A stretch of 64,000 bases of DNA from positions 13,268,001-13,332,000 of the forward strand of contig OX597820.1 in the NCBI GenBank assembly GCA_951406725.2, in the 5' to 3' direction. The notes under the pieces are model-generated. The model saw nothing but the letters and a program-made list of their open reading frames with translations, had not been told where the DNA came from and made no database searches. The DNA comes from Octopus vulgaris (taxonomy: Eukaryota). Below are positions 41,535 to 56,366 of the stretch, piece by piece (within the stretch, counting starts at the first letter, position 1; every line of letters starts with the position of its first letter). The translations under genes were made by a program, and so were the position numbers.

Positions 41535-41748
41535 TCAAAATGTGACCTCGTGTATACCGTTGGCGATTTTTTTCTTCTGCCTTCCCTTCTCTTGGTCTTT
41601 CCTTCTCCTATGTTTCCGACGAAGAGCTCCGCTCGAAACGTTAAACTCTCCTCCTTTCCTTCTATCCTGAGCGTCCAATAATACTATATTTGTTCCACGT
41701 CCTCGCGTTGTTGTATTTTTTTTGTGCTTTCCTGTTTGGATTAACTAA

Positions 41749-41750
<2 letters not shown>
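41530..41750 (+). mobile_element. TA-inserted short PLE-like element
   Basis: Flanked by long (TA)n on both sides; homologue at 30443-30640. Confidence 0.7.
41612..41646 (+). ncRNA. Minimal type I hammerhead motif (U4C variant)
   Basis: GTTT-CCGACGA-A-GAGC-TCC-GCTC-GAAA-CG-TT-AAAC; stem I GTTT/AAAC; palindromic ACGT stem III. Confidence 0.65.
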
Positions 41751-41839
<89 letters not shown>

Positions 41840-41887
41840 TATGCATATATTTTATATATATATATATACACATGCAGATATGTTTAG

Positions 41888-41957
<70 letters not shown>

Positions 41958-42572
41958 CGCGTAAACGGGGAAACAACTATGCTTTCAAGCGCGATACATT
42001 AAAAACTTGTCCATGTTTGTTAATAGAGGATATTTTTTTTTAAATATGTTCTTAATTTTTATTTTATATTCAGTTTCGGAGATTAACATTTCTAAATCCA
42101 TTAGCAAGACTCTTCGAAACATTCGCCGTTTCATTTCCAACGAAACTCTTGTACAAATGTAATGTTTGTTTGGAAACTTCTTTAATAACGAAATAGAAAC
42201 CGAAATTAAAATGACAGATACATCACGCATAAAACATATATCGTGATCTACCAGGATTTACCGTTAGATTACTTTTAATCCGGCATCTGTGCTTTATCAG
42301 TTATATTTATACATATGTAAACACAACATACATATATGTGTGCGAATAAATATATATGAGTGTGTGTGTGTGTATGTATATGTGTATTATATACATATAT
42401 ATAAGTGCTTTTATATAAACTCTTTTCTCTGTGTTACACAGAGACACATACACACATATATATATACATACATACATACATGCATACATACATGCATACA
42501 TACATACATACATACATGCATGCATACATACATACATACATACATACATACATACATACATACATACATACA

Positions 42573-42606
<34 letters not shown>

Positions 42607-42674
42607 CCGCTATAATAGACGACTAGCTCCAAAAGCTTTTTTTTAATTTTCTCTCTGTTTATTTCCTCGTGTTC

Positions 42675-42710
42675 CTTTCTGTTGAAGAGCATAGGCTCGA
42701 AACATAAAAG
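42675..42710 (+). ncRNA. Minimal hammerhead-like motif (A6U variant) within an element at 42605-42800
   Basis: CTTT-CTGTTGA-A-GAGC-ATAG-GCTC-GAAA-CA-TA-AAAG. Confidence 0.5.
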
Positions 42711-42819
42711 ACTTTCTCACCTTCCTGAGCATTAAATGAATACACGTGTTTTTTGTTTATACACCTGTCTTCGTCTTTTGTTTTTCTGTAAATATTCCAT
42801 TTAACGTAGCTAGAAAAGC

Positions 42820-43480
42820 TTGAGCAATTGCCTCTAACCCTAAAATTCAGAATAATAGACTCTTGGAATTAAAACAGTCACTGCTTGAAAGAGTGTGTTC
42901 GTCTGTTCTAATAGAGACTGGGATAGAACGCACCAAAACAATAGATACTAAAAAATTTCGAAAGGTCACAAACAGTTCAGATACAAAGAGGACGCTATTT
43001 TTAATTACAACGAACGACCCCAAAAACACAGATACATTCCGCATCATCCATGAAAATATAACGTTATTGGGCCAAGAGACAAGAATGAAAAATGCATTTG
43101 AAATAGACAAAATAATCAAATGCAAATGACAACCAAAATCCCCGAAAAAATCTACTTAAAAACACAAAACTAGCACCAACAGACTCAACTCTAAAAGCTA
43201 AAAAGTGTGGCTGTTCTAATTACGAAACTTGTTCCAACCTTATTCTGGACATATATAAATTTAAGTCGGGACAAGATTTTAATGCAAAATCCCATTTTTC
43301 TTGTTATTCCAAAATATTAAATATATGCCTTCAAATGCAGTGCATGCAGCGAAAATTACATCGGACAAACCAAAATCACCTTAAGAATGAGATTTGCGAT
43401 GCATTGACAACAAAAACGAGATCCTAGCAATAGACAAATTCCACAAACTGAACATTTGGACATAACCACAACAACCAAGA
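42820..43480 (+). mobile_element. Penelope-like element ORF remnant: linker, Cys-rich motif, GIY-YIG endonuclease
   Basis: LITTNDPKN..IIKCK*QPKS..KCGCSNYETCSNL..HFSCYSK..CLKCSACSENYIGQTKITLRMRF..H with stops and frameshifts. Confidence 0.75.
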
Positions 43481-44011
43481 TTTCCCAAATTCCTAGTCTT
43501 CCCAGACGATATCACAGACCACACATATATATAAATAAAAAATTGTTTTTTTATTTATTTATTTATTTAACAACAACCAACAATAATATAGGAATTACTA
43601 TGTACTATGAATGCTGTCCATGGCTGTATAAACGTCTGTGCTAATGAAGACGATTCATAGCTCTCGTTTAAGTGCAGTAATTAGACTTTAATTTTGGACA
43701 TATCAATCTTGAGTTACCTTCATTACATTTTCACTAAGGCCTCTTTATCTTTCTTTAATTGGAGAATGGTGTTTGTTATTTTGTATACTCTCACACATAC
43801 GCACACGTGCCCATACTCTCTACACACCTTTCTCTGTCTCACTTTCTTCCTCAGTCATCTTCATATTCTCTATTTATATTTCATCTGTAAATACAACACA
43901 TTTAAATAGATGTTGTGAAAATGAAGTAAACAAATAATTATTTTTCTATTCGCATCATATTTTTCAGCAATTGTTAACTGTAATTATTCATAAGTTATGC
44001 ACTTCAAACAG

Positions 44012-44433
44012 TCTCTTTTACTCTCCTTTACTCTTTTACTTGTTTCAGTCATTTGACTATGGCCATGCTGGAGCACCGCCTTTAGTCGAACAAATCGACT
44101 GCAGGACTTATTCTTTGTAAGCCTAGTACTTATTCTATCGGTCTCTTTTGCCGAACAGCTAAGTAACGGGGACGTAAACACACCACCATCGGTTGTCAAG
44201 TGATGTTGGAGGGACAAACACAAACACACAAATATGCACACACATATATATATATATACATATATACGACGACGAGCTTCTTTCAGTTTCCGTCTACCGA
44301 ATCTACTCACAAGGCTTTGGTCGTCCCGAGGCTATAGTAGAAGACACTTGCCCAAGGTGCCACGCAGTGGGACTGAAACCGGAACCATGTGGTTGGTAAG
44401 CAAGCTACTTACCACACAGGCACTCCTACGCCT
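44012..44433 (-). mobile_element. Family A SINE, full length
   Basis: Complete architecture on the minus strand. Confidence 0.9.
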
Positions 44434-44692
44434 TTTAAAAATTTCTCTTTCAACCGTTTGTCACTACATTTTGATAAGAAAGACTGAATCATTTTGTTAT
44501 GTCTAGCATTATGACAACGCATTTCGTCGCCTCTGCGGGACTGGCCCGAACAGCGTACCTCGCTGACAATGACTGTGTCAGTCCACTATTTATAAGTAGT
44601 GGACAGCCCGCTTCTCGCTTGGGAGCGTCCGCCACAACAAATTTACAAAAACAGTGTACGCTGCAGAAAGAGTCATCGCTAAATGGGGAAGG

Positions 44693-45071
44693 AAGCACTC
44701 CGTCAGTTACGACGACGAGGGTTCCGGTTGATCCGAATCAACGGAACAGCCTGCTCGTGAAATTAACGTGTAAGTGGCTGAGCACTCCACAGACACGTGT
44801 ACCCTTAACGTAGTTCTCGGGGATATTCAGCGTGACACAGAGAGTGACAAGGCCGGCCCTTTGAAATACAGGTAGAACAGAAGCAGGAAGTAAGAGTGAG
44901 AGAAAGTTGTGGTGAAAGAGTACAGCAGGGATCACCACCATCCCCTGCCGGAGCCTCTTGGAGCTTAGGTGTTTTCGCTCAATAAACACTCACAACGCCC
45001 GGTCTGGGAATCGAAACCGCGATCCTATGACCGCGAGTCCGCTGCCCTAACCACTGGGCCATTGCGCCTCC
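44693..45071 (-). mobile_element. Family R SINE, tail B
   Basis: Reverse complement of 63088-63472. Confidence 0.9.
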
Positions 45072-45420
45072 CATCGCTAAATAAGATAATTGCTGTTCAC
45101 ACAGCTACTGGTCACAACCAAATGGCTGACACAGCCCTAAATTCGAAGCCAACTCTCACCCTTCCTAGCTATTTTTCTGCCTGTCGTTTAAACTAAAGCT
45201 ATCACGTGATCTTACTGGACGGATGTCTGGTTTTCATTATAGAAAAAAACGATTTTGAGAACAACGGCCAAGAAGGAAACAATGTATCATATCACTTCAT
45301 ATTCTTCATAATGTACACTTGTACACTTTTGAAAATCAACATAATGAAACCGGTCAAATGTATGCATGTATGTATGTATGTATGTATGTATGTATGTATG
45401 TATGTATGTATGTATGTATG

Positions 45421-45499
<79 letters not shown>

Positions 45500-45563
45500 A
45501 TATGTATGTATATGTGTATACGCATATATATATCTATATATGTATATGTAACTATATATATAC

Positions 45564-45607
<44 letters not shown>

Positions 45608-45697
45608 GGAAAGTTTACGAAAATAAACAAAAGACGAAGGCAGGTGGTGTACAAACAAACAGATGTATTAGTATAGCGCTCAAGAATAGAAAAACGT

Positions 45698-45733
45698 CTT
45701 TTACGTTTCGAGCCTACACTCTTCTACAGAAAG
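45698..45733 (-). ncRNA. Minimal hammerhead-like motif (A6U variant) in a TA-inserted element at 45605-45795
   Basis: Minus strand CTTT-CTGTAGA-A-GAGT-GTAG-GCTC-GAAA-CG-TA-AAAG; same family as 42605-42800. Confidence 0.55.
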
Positions 45734-46234
45734 GTACACAGAAAAAACAAAGAGAGAAAAAAGATGTGTTGTAGCTAACGATCTATCATGGCGTATATAT
45801 GTACATTTATATATACATATACAGGTATGTCTGATTACTTCATTTTGTGAGTTTATCTCACTATGGAAAAGTGTTTTAGCTTGCTCCCTCGCTTTCCGTC
45901 AATTCATGAGGTTAGTGCTTTGTGTGGCTATTTCAAGTCGTTTTAACTCTTATTTATAGCAATTGGTGGGACAAATCTGTTCCCTTGTATATTAACTTTC
46001 CTTTGCGTTTTAATTGCCAACGAACCACCTATACTAATATATATATATACATACATATAAGAGGGATTGTAATACAATTTTTCTGAATCTTCAGATTTTT
46101 CTATATGCTAGACCACTATTTTAAATTGTTATTAATCAAATTAATATTCAATTTTTCACCCTTATTATTCTAAATTAATATATATATATATATATACATA
46201 TATATCAATATCAATATATATATATATAAATACG

Positions 46235-46299
<65 letters not shown>

Positions 46300-46945
46300 G
46301 AACAGTCACATTTATTAAAAAGTATACTCACGCACGCGCCCACAGACACAAATACATAATATTTATGATTGGAATATTGTGTCCGAGTGTGACTATATAT
46401 ATATGACTATGTATGTGTATGTATGTGTGTATGTGTCTGCGCGCTAACATATATGTGTGCACGTTTGATTTTGAAGATTTAATTTTGTGCATAGATAAAT
46501 GTATGCGTGTATATGTACGAGTGGTTGTGTTTATTTGTCTGTGTGAGTACGTGAAAATGCAAGAAGCAAACAAACGAGATGAAAGATAAACAGTGAAATA
46601 TTTAGTTAAGTTAATGCTATTAACACAAGGCAATAAATTAACTTTAGACCTACCATAGAGTTGCGAGGCGTTAAAATGGCCAGCTGTAATACGTTTCCCT
46701 CGCAAAGCAATTAAGTCTAAACCTGATAGTAATCCATTACCATGTTGTCATGTCACAGTAAACAGATGTTGGAAATAGTGAAAATTGTGTAATGTATGTG
46801 TGTCTATATATATACATATATATATGTGTGTGTGTGTATGCACGCGTGTGTGTGTGTGCATGTATATATACATATATATGTATGTATGTATATATATATA
46901 CATACATATATGCATATATATGTGTGTATGTGTATGTATATAAAC

Positions 46946-46991
<46 letters not shown>

Positions 46992-47094
46992 GGGTTGTGT
47001 GTGCATGTGTGTGCATATAATGTGTATATATATGTGCTATATATGTATATATATATATATATATATCAATATCAACTTATGTATAATTATATAC

Positions 47095-47139
<45 letters not shown>

Positions 47140-47568
47140 TGTGTATGTGTGTGTGTTTGTGAATATATGTATGCATGTATATACATATATATATGCATGT
47201 ATATACAGATATATGTGTGCGTAAGTGTATATATAAGTATATACATGTATATTAAGATGGCGATATATTTGATCATCTTTGATGTTTTGAAAATTACATA
47301 TTATACATATTATTGAATATATTGTTGGTTACCTCATAAAATACTTATTAATTTGTGAGGAGCTTGATACGGGACTATGTCAGAAAACTGTGGCCGACCT
47401 GCAATATACTGCGTAACGAAAAGAAATATTAACTGACATCGAATATTGGCAGAGAGGTTGCAAAATTGGAAAGCAATACTATAAATGAACTTTTTTTCTT
47501 TTTATTCTGAGGCAGATAATTAATCGTATCTCCACTTATGCAAATATACCTGTGCATATATATGTATG

Positions 47569-47641
<73 letters not shown>

Positions 47642-47908
47642 GTATATATATGTATATATATGTATATATATAATATAGAGTAAGATAGGGGTTATGGGTG
47701 TAACCCACTATGGGATATCATTTATCCAATATACTGTTGGTAAAGTACCCAAATTCTTAATACGTAATCGTTTTTAATTGATTGGTTTATGTAATATTTT
47801 TGTATGCTTTTGATGTTCTAATTTGTAAAATGAATAAATAATCCCAAATTATAATATCTGTAAGTTGATGAACAAACCAAATTTGTTTCTCCATTTTCTT
47901 ATTTGCAT

Positions 47909-47978
<70 letters not shown>

Positions 47979-48525
47979 GTGTGCATGTATGTATTTATAT
48001 ATGATGTATTTATTACGTTGTGACGTAAAAGTAGGTTTCATATATTTAAAATTAATAAAGATATTGATTTTTGATATGTGGATAAGTCTGAATATTTTCC
48101 GATATTGTCGCTAGAATTATACTGCATTGATCAATTGCCAGAATCGAAGAGCTCCAGGCAAATTCCATGCGATATGTTTCACCAATTTCTATTCTTTACT
48201 TCAACGGCGCCAAAGCCATGTTTTTCTTTTGATCCTTTCTTCATGCAAAATAGTTGTCGAATACTGAAGATGATGACCTTTCTGGAATCGTCTCAAGTAT
48301 TTGACCTCCTAGAACCCCCCTCTTCGTTTACTATTTGCCTGCCGATGTTGATTGAAACAGTCAGATGGAAAACGTACGGCATGAGTTTCACAGCTTTCGT
48401 AGGACCCACGCGGTTGTAGCCAGAAACACACACACTCACATACACAAATACATATACATACATATATACATCTATATGCATTTATACATATATATGTCTG
48501 CTAACACACATATACTTATACATAC

Positions 48526-48557
<32 letters not shown>

Positions 48558-48674
48558 GTATATATATATGAATAAATATATATATAAATATGTATGTATG
48601 TATGAATATATATACGTATGCATGTATATATGTGTATTAATATATGTTTATTTATATAAATACATATATATATA

Positions 48675-48735
<61 letters not shown>

Positions 48736-48789
48736 GTATATGTATACATATATGTATATATAATACATTTCTATATTTAAGAGATGAAG

Positions 48790-49095
48790 AATTATGACTG
48801 CAACCCCCTTGGGGCATTTGCACGAGAGACCAACAAAACTCCTTGTAACACCAAAGATGAACTGATGGCAAGGATTATGGCAGCATTTACCAACTTAAAC
48901 AAGGTGACAGTCCAGAAGATTTGTAGACTATTCCGAACTCGTCTGAAGGCCGTGGCTGCAGCCAATGGCGATTTTATTAAATAAATTTATTCTTTTTTTT
49001 TATATTTCAAGATATTTTATGTAAAAATATCTATTAAATTGTCAATATTATTTTCATTTATGTGTAAATCAGGTGACAGTTTATTCGCCGCCCCC

Positions 49096-49098
<3 letters not shown>
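48790..49098 (+). mobile_element. Tc1/mariner superfamily 3' fragment
   Basis: [41 protein letters not shown]; ends in TIR-like GACAGTTTATTCGCCGCCCCCTG. Confidence 0.75.
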
Positions 49099-49187
<89 letters not shown>

Positions 49188-49418
49188 TGTGTGTGTGTGT
49201 GAGTACGATCAATGTTTGATAGTTCTAAAAATCTCTAAACGAGATATAAGTAGTAACAATACTAAACGGTAATATTTTTTGCCACTATAAGATGGCTGTT
49301 CTATGAAGGACTGTGTTACTACATTTTTACCCCAATATGGCTGTTTGCATGAATATTCTTTTATCCGTTTCAGCCATGCAGCTGCGATCATTCTGGAGAA
49401 GCATCGTGGATAACGATT

Positions 49419-49886
<468 letters not shown>

Positions 49887-49976
49887 ATATGTATATACAT
49901 GCATTTATTATGTGTATATATACAAATATTTATTTATGTATATATATATACATATATATTTATACCCTATTTAAAG

Positions 49977-50285
49977 GTGCAGGAGTGGCTGTATGGTGAG
50001 TAGGTTGCTTACCAACCACATGGTACTGCGTGGCACATTGGGCAAGTGTCTTTTGAGTGGTTTTGGTAGACGGAAACTGAAAGAAGCCCGTCGTATATAT
50101 GTATATATATATGTTTGTGTGTCTGTGGTGTTTACGCCCCCGTAACTTAGCGGCTCTGCAAAAGAGACCGATAGAATAAGTACTAGGCTTACAAAGAATA
50201 CTTCCTGGAGTCGATTTTCTCGACTAAATGCGGTGCTCCAGCATGACCACAGTCAAATGACTGAAACAAGTAAAAGAATAAAAGT
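49977..50285 (+). mobile_element. Family A SINE with internal deletions
   Basis: Head, CORE and tail motifs present. Confidence 0.8.
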
Positions 50286-50779
50286 GTATATATAGTGTAT
50301 GTGTGTGTTTGTGTGTGTGCGTGTGTATGTGTGTATTTTTGTCGGCATGTTTGAACGACGTCATGTATATTTTTTGCAACTATATGTGCATACACACTAA
50401 CCTCATGAACCCACATCTAGACTTCTAGAATTCTCTTTATACCTCGTTGCAAGTAACGTTGTTTGCTGTCCCTTGTGTTCCGCGTATCATATTATCTCCA
50501 TAATCACCTTCCGGCTCGCTACACTTCTATGCGCCTATCTATTTATTCATCTGATCATTTATCGATATGCCTTATTATTGTAATATTTATCTTTATGAAC
50601 ATTATGTCACACGCTTTAACTTTTATTCCAATTCCTTCCTCATACCTGTCGTCATTGTCCATCCTTTATTGCTCAGAATCTTTCTGTCTTTCACCGTTTT
50701 ATCTCTTATACTGTTTTCAGTCATTGGAGTGCGGCCGTGTTGGAGCACAACCTTGAAATATTTTAGTTATTTTTCTGTT

Positions 50780-50820
<41 letters not shown>

Positions 50821-50930
50821 CCTCCCTCTCTCTCTCTATCTCTCTTAGTCTCGTACTTACTTTAACACTTTCTGTTGCCGAAATGTCAAAATATAAATGT
50901 TACTGAAAGGTAAACAAATCAATACAACCT

Positions 50931-51050
<120 letters not shown>

Positions 51051-51221
51051 TGGCTGTGTGGTAAGTAACTTGCTTACGAACCACATGGTTCCGAGGTTCA
51101 GTCCCACTGCGTGGCACCTTGGGCAAGTGACTTCTACTATAGCCTCGGACCGACCAAAGCCTTGTGAGTAGATATGGTTGACGGAAACTGAAAGAAGCTT
51201 GCCGTATATATGTATGTATAC

Positions 51222-51255
<34 letters not shown>

Positions 51256-51510
51256 GTATGTATATATATATATGTGCGTGTGTGTGTGTGTCTGTGTGTC
51301 TATGTTTGTGTTTGTCCCCCAACAAAACTTGATAACAAGTGGTGGTGTGTTTACGTCCCCGTAACCTAGCTGTTCGGCAAAATGGACCGATAGAATAAGT
51401 ACTAGGCTTACAAAAAATGAGTCCTAGGGGGGGGGGCATATACTCGACTAAAGGCGGTGCTCCAGTATGGCCACAGACAAATGACTGAAACAAGTAAAAG
51501 AGAGTAAAAG
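51051..51510 (+). mobile_element. Family A SINE
   Basis: Head, ACCTTGGGCAAGT CORE, microsatellite and tail. Confidence 0.88.
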
Positions 51511-51519
51511 ATATACACA

Positions 51520-51770
51520 CACAGGAGGGAAAATCAAAAGTTATCCGCACTTTCGCCATGACATATCTTTATTATTACCACACTGCCTTCTGCGCATGCG
51601 TTCTTATACTTGGCACCATTGTGAACACGTGATCGAAGTTTGAGCCTGATCGCGCTATTTTTCTGTCTGGTTTTATAGTCTAAGCATGACCGCTCCACTA
51701 GCAATGTGCACCAAAGAAGAACAAAGAGCAGTTATCCGATTTCTCTGGTCGGAAGGTATTTCAGGTGTTT
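51520..51770 (+). mobile_element. Mariner 5' fragment
   Basis: TIR-like GAGGGAAAATCAAAAGTTATCCGCACT; MTAPLAMCTKEEQRAVIRFLWSEGISG. Confidence 0.7.
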
Positions 51771-51974
51771 GGTTATCCGGCTGTATCCACTTTTAGGGAG
51801 CTTGCCTCCCTTGACAGTCATTAAGATGGCGTTATATGTGGCTATTGAGTTGTGTTTGACTCTTATTTCTAGCAATTCTTGTGACCTCTATAATTTTGCC
51901 TGTACGTTGTTAAATTGCCAATAATCCACCCATATTATACATACGTGTGTGTGTATGTGTGTATTTGTGTGTGT

Positions 51975-52005
<31 letters not shown>

Positions 52006-52169
52006 GAGGTATGTATCGATTAAATCCATGTATTAACTTTGTAGTTTCTTTTAGAAAACCTGTCTTCGGGCATCGGCTGCCAGACACAATTTTTCAGCTA
52101 ATATTCGCGCTGTTACTGAAGATACGTTTGGGAATCCGTGAATATCTGTTGAGTTGATATGAATATTGC

Positions 52170-52598
52170 TTTCAGATTTTAGAATAAGGCCAGCAACTTC
52201 GGTAGAGGGGATCAGTCGATCAACGACCCAAGAGAAGAACTGGTACTTGTTTTATTAATCCTTGAAAAAAATTAAAGGCAAAGTCGACCTTGGCGAAATT
52301 TGAACTCAGAACGTAAAGACGAACGAAATGTCGCTAAGCATCTTTTCCGGTACAGTAACAATTCTGACAACTCGCAGATGTTTATATCAATACTGGTTTC
52401 AACTTTTGGCACAAGGCCACCAATTTCTGGGGTGGGGTGAGTCGATTACATTGACCCCAGTACATAAATGGCACTTACTTCATAGCTCCCGAAAGGATTG
52501 AAGGCAAAGTCAACCTCGGTTGAATTTGAACTCAGAACGTAAAAACGGACGGAATGCACTCTAAGCATTTTGTCCAGTGTGCTAACGACTGTGCCAAT
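52170..52598 (-). mobile_element. Two tandem family M SINE copies
   Basis: AAGGCAAAGTC(G/A)ACCT..GAATTTGAACTCAGAACGTAAA occurs twice. Confidence 0.8.
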
Positions 52599-52820
52599 AT
52601 AAATATTAACAGAGAGAATACTTTTTATTACATACTACTACAATTGTTTCATTGCCACTTTACCAGAAGATCATTACTGAAATATTATTATGTGAATAAT
52701 AAAATAATACATCGTATCAGTGTAATTTAAGCAATATTGGTAAGTATCGACTGTTCAGCTATAGTTACAAACGGTTTGCTCATTCCATTTTCTATATTAA
52801 TATATACATCTATACATACT

Positions 52821-53075
52821 TATATAACTGAAAAAATTTGGAGTCAACAAGAATGTGTACGTTAGGACATTTATTTTCAATCACTACAATTGTTTCTGCG
52901 CAAATTAGGTCTCCAGCCGTGTAAGAGCTTGATTACGCAACCGTTGCATAAAGGTTGCATAATCAAGTACCTGAACGTCGACAGAACTATTTTGCGTAGA
53001 AACAATTGTAGTGATTGAAATAAATGTCCAAACGTACACACTCTTGTTGAATCCAATTTTTTTTCAATTATCTAT
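52821..53075. mobile_element. Degenerate fold-back element with hammerhead-like GAAACAATTGTA
   Basis: ~120-bp imperfect inverted arms centred near 52947. Confidence 0.65.
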
Positions 53076-53198
53076 TCACCCACGACAGATACCCAAACAC
53101 AAGCCTGGAAGTACATATAATACTACTAATAGATAGTACAGCTTTATACTGTACTCTCTTACGTTCCTAACAGAATAAAGCATAACTATATATCGTTT

Positions 53199-53443
53199 GT
53201 TCCTTCCCGAGCTCATAGGGCCGGTTTCCCGGTTTCCTTGGCGTATAGGTTCCCCACATGGACGGGACGCTGGTCCGTCGCAGGTGAGCTGCAAGATGCA
53301 GGAGGAAAGAGTGAGAGAAAGTTATGGCGAAAGAATCAGCAGAAGTTCGCTCATAAGCACACACACCGCCCAGTCTGAGATTCGAACCCGCGATCCCTCG
53401 ACCGCGAGTCCGCTTCTCTAACCACAAGGCCATGTGCCTTCAC
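53199..53443 (-). mobile_element. Family R SINE, tail C, internal deletion
   Basis: Matches 3892-4188. Confidence 0.85.
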
Positions 53444-53444
53444 A

Positions 53445-53945
<501 letters not shown>

Positions 53946-54944
53946 CATGTAATGTTTATCGCCACCTAAACGTGGGTTTTGTATGAGAACAGACGATACT
54001 GCTCTTTTAACCCCGGAAGGACGTCTCCTGCAGCTAGTTATTCAACATTCTAGAGAACTTCCTACTATGCAAGCTCGGAAACCACCATATCACGTGATTT
54101 CGATCTTACATGATCATCCTCAGAGAGAATAAAAAGAACATAGCGGTAGTCTAACCTAGCTTCCAATATATAGAAAAGCAGTATCACACAGTCACTGGCT
54201 TTGATACTAACAAATTAGCTCGGTATGAAAATCTCTATAGAGAACACCCACGTCCAGATGGCGATAAATATTTCTTCTCAGTACAAATATTGCTTTCATA
54301 TCTAACAGAGATTTTCCTAATGAGCTAGTCTCCTATGCATACACGCGTGCACGCACACATACGCACGCGCACACGTGTTAAAATGCAAAGGTGTGTGCAT
54401 GTGTGTGTCATTGCTATGAGTATATGTCATTGTGTGTACTGTAATGATCTTGATGTTAAGGAAAAAACTATATAGTGGTTTAAACTGTATATGTATTGTG
54501 CGTGTTCGCACATGCTGTGTTTAGATAAGTTAGGCGTGAACGTGTTATAATACAAAGGTGTGGACTTGTGTGTGTCATCGCTATGAGTATATGTCAGTGT
54601 GTATTTGCGTGTGTACTGTAATCATGCTGATTTTATTGAAAAAACTATACAGTACATTAGTTCCTATGGAGGTAATGAGTTCGTAGTCGCTTTGGAAACG
54701 AGAGTCGACTGTTGTAGTGTCATATTAAAACCTATGCATTCATTTGTTGTTTAATATTTTAAGCAATATTTTAATACTTTTCATTTTTCCATGAAGTTTT
54801 GTTCACACTTCGTGACTTCATCGTTGTTTAAATTTTCAGATTACAGGTTGTTTTCTCATCGGTATTTTTATAGTTATTTATATGCGTCTGTGGACAACGC
54901 GTGCGCCGATGACATGGTATTGTTTTGCCTTTTGTGTTCATTTA

Positions 54945-55326
54945 TTCTTTTACTCTTTTATTTATTTCAGTCATTTGACTGCGGCCATGCTAGAGCACCG
55001 CATTTAGTCGAAATCTACCCCATGACTTATTGTCTGTAATCCTAATACTTATTCTATCGGTGTCTTTTTGCCGAACCACTAAGTTACGGGGACGTAAATA
55101 CACCAACATCGACTATCAAGCCATGGTGAGGAGGACAAACACAGAGACACAAACAAACACACACACATGCATACACACACACACACATATCAAATCTACT
55201 CACAAGGCTTTGGTCGGCCCGAGGCTATAGTAGAAGTTACTGGCCTAAGGCACCACGCAGTGGCACTGAACCCAGAACCATGTGGTTGCTAAGCAAGCTA
55301 CTTACCACAAAGCCACTCCTGCGCCT
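54945..55326 (-). mobile_element. Family A SINE
   Basis: Tail through head on the minus strand. Confidence 0.85.
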
Positions 55327-55769
55327 ATGAGTTATTTATAAATAGATATTTATTTATTTATTTTCTATCACACAATTGTTTCTAACATTACAACTATCGT
55401 GTGTTTAGTTTGCTTGGCTTTAGACGGTTTTCGTCCTAATGAAGTGCGGAGTAAGAATAGAATGTCATTGATGAGAACACGAATGGTGAAGAAATACCTT
55501 TGTCAATTCTAACAAATTGATTCATTAACCGAACAACTAATAAAACAATTGATTCGTTAATTACTTACATAGTTAACCGATTAAGAAATGAATAATAAAG
55601 AAATGAAATAGAAGCAGTGCGTGTGTTTATTATGGGTCATTATGCGCAGAATGACCCACCCGAGATACAACAAAATTTGTTTCAACACACCAGTTCACAT
55701 AAAAGGTCTCGCAAAACAAAATTACATTATAATATGTTAATGTATCCTTAATATTGATTTCTAATATTG

Positions 55770-55965
55770 ATACAAAGCCAGAAAATTCGGGGAAGGAGGT
55801 AAGTCAATTACAACGACTCCCTATGCTCAGTTGATATTTATTTTATCGATCCTGAAAGCATAAAAGGCGAAGTCGACCTCGGTGGAATTTGAACTCAGAG
55901 CGTCAAGACGGACAAAATGCTGCAAGCATTTTACCCTACGTGCTAATGACTCTACCAGCTCATTT
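55770..55965 (-). mobile_element. Degenerate family M SINE
   Basis: GTCGACCTCGGTGGAATTTGAACTCAGA. Confidence 0.7.
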
Positions 55966-55989
55966 ACCTTAAACTTATCTTTAATCATG

Positions 55990-56366
55990 GCGCTTCGTTG
56001 GTTACGACGACGAGGGTTCCAGTTGATCCGATCAACGGAACAACCTGCTCGTGAAATTAACGTGCAAGTGGCTGAGCACTCCACAGACACGTGTACCCTT
56101 AACGTAGTTCTCGGGGGAGATTCAGCGTAACACAGAATGTAACAAGGCTGGCCCTTTGAAATACAGGTACAACAGGAACAAGAAGAACGAGTGAAAGAAA
56201 GTTGTGGTGAAAGAGTACAGCAGGGTTCACCACCAACCCCTGCCGGAGCCTTGTGCAGATTTAGGTGTTTTCGTTCAATAAACACTCACAACGCCCGGTC
56301 TGGGAATCGAAACCGCGATCCTATGACCGCGAGTCCGCTGCTCTAAACCCAGGGCCATTGCACCTC
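55990..56366 (-). mobile_element. Family R SINE, tail B
   Basis: Matches 44693-45071. Confidence 0.88.

Noticed and set aside
41985-42290. PLE N-terminal coding remnant on -
   Set aside because: Resemblance too weak to call without a search; the same holds for 45830-46020 and 48060-48420
44578-44610. Hairpin GTCCACTA..TAGTGGAC enclosing a TATA/MEF2-like motif
   Set aside because: Short motif expected by chance in AT-rich DNA, with no associated gene
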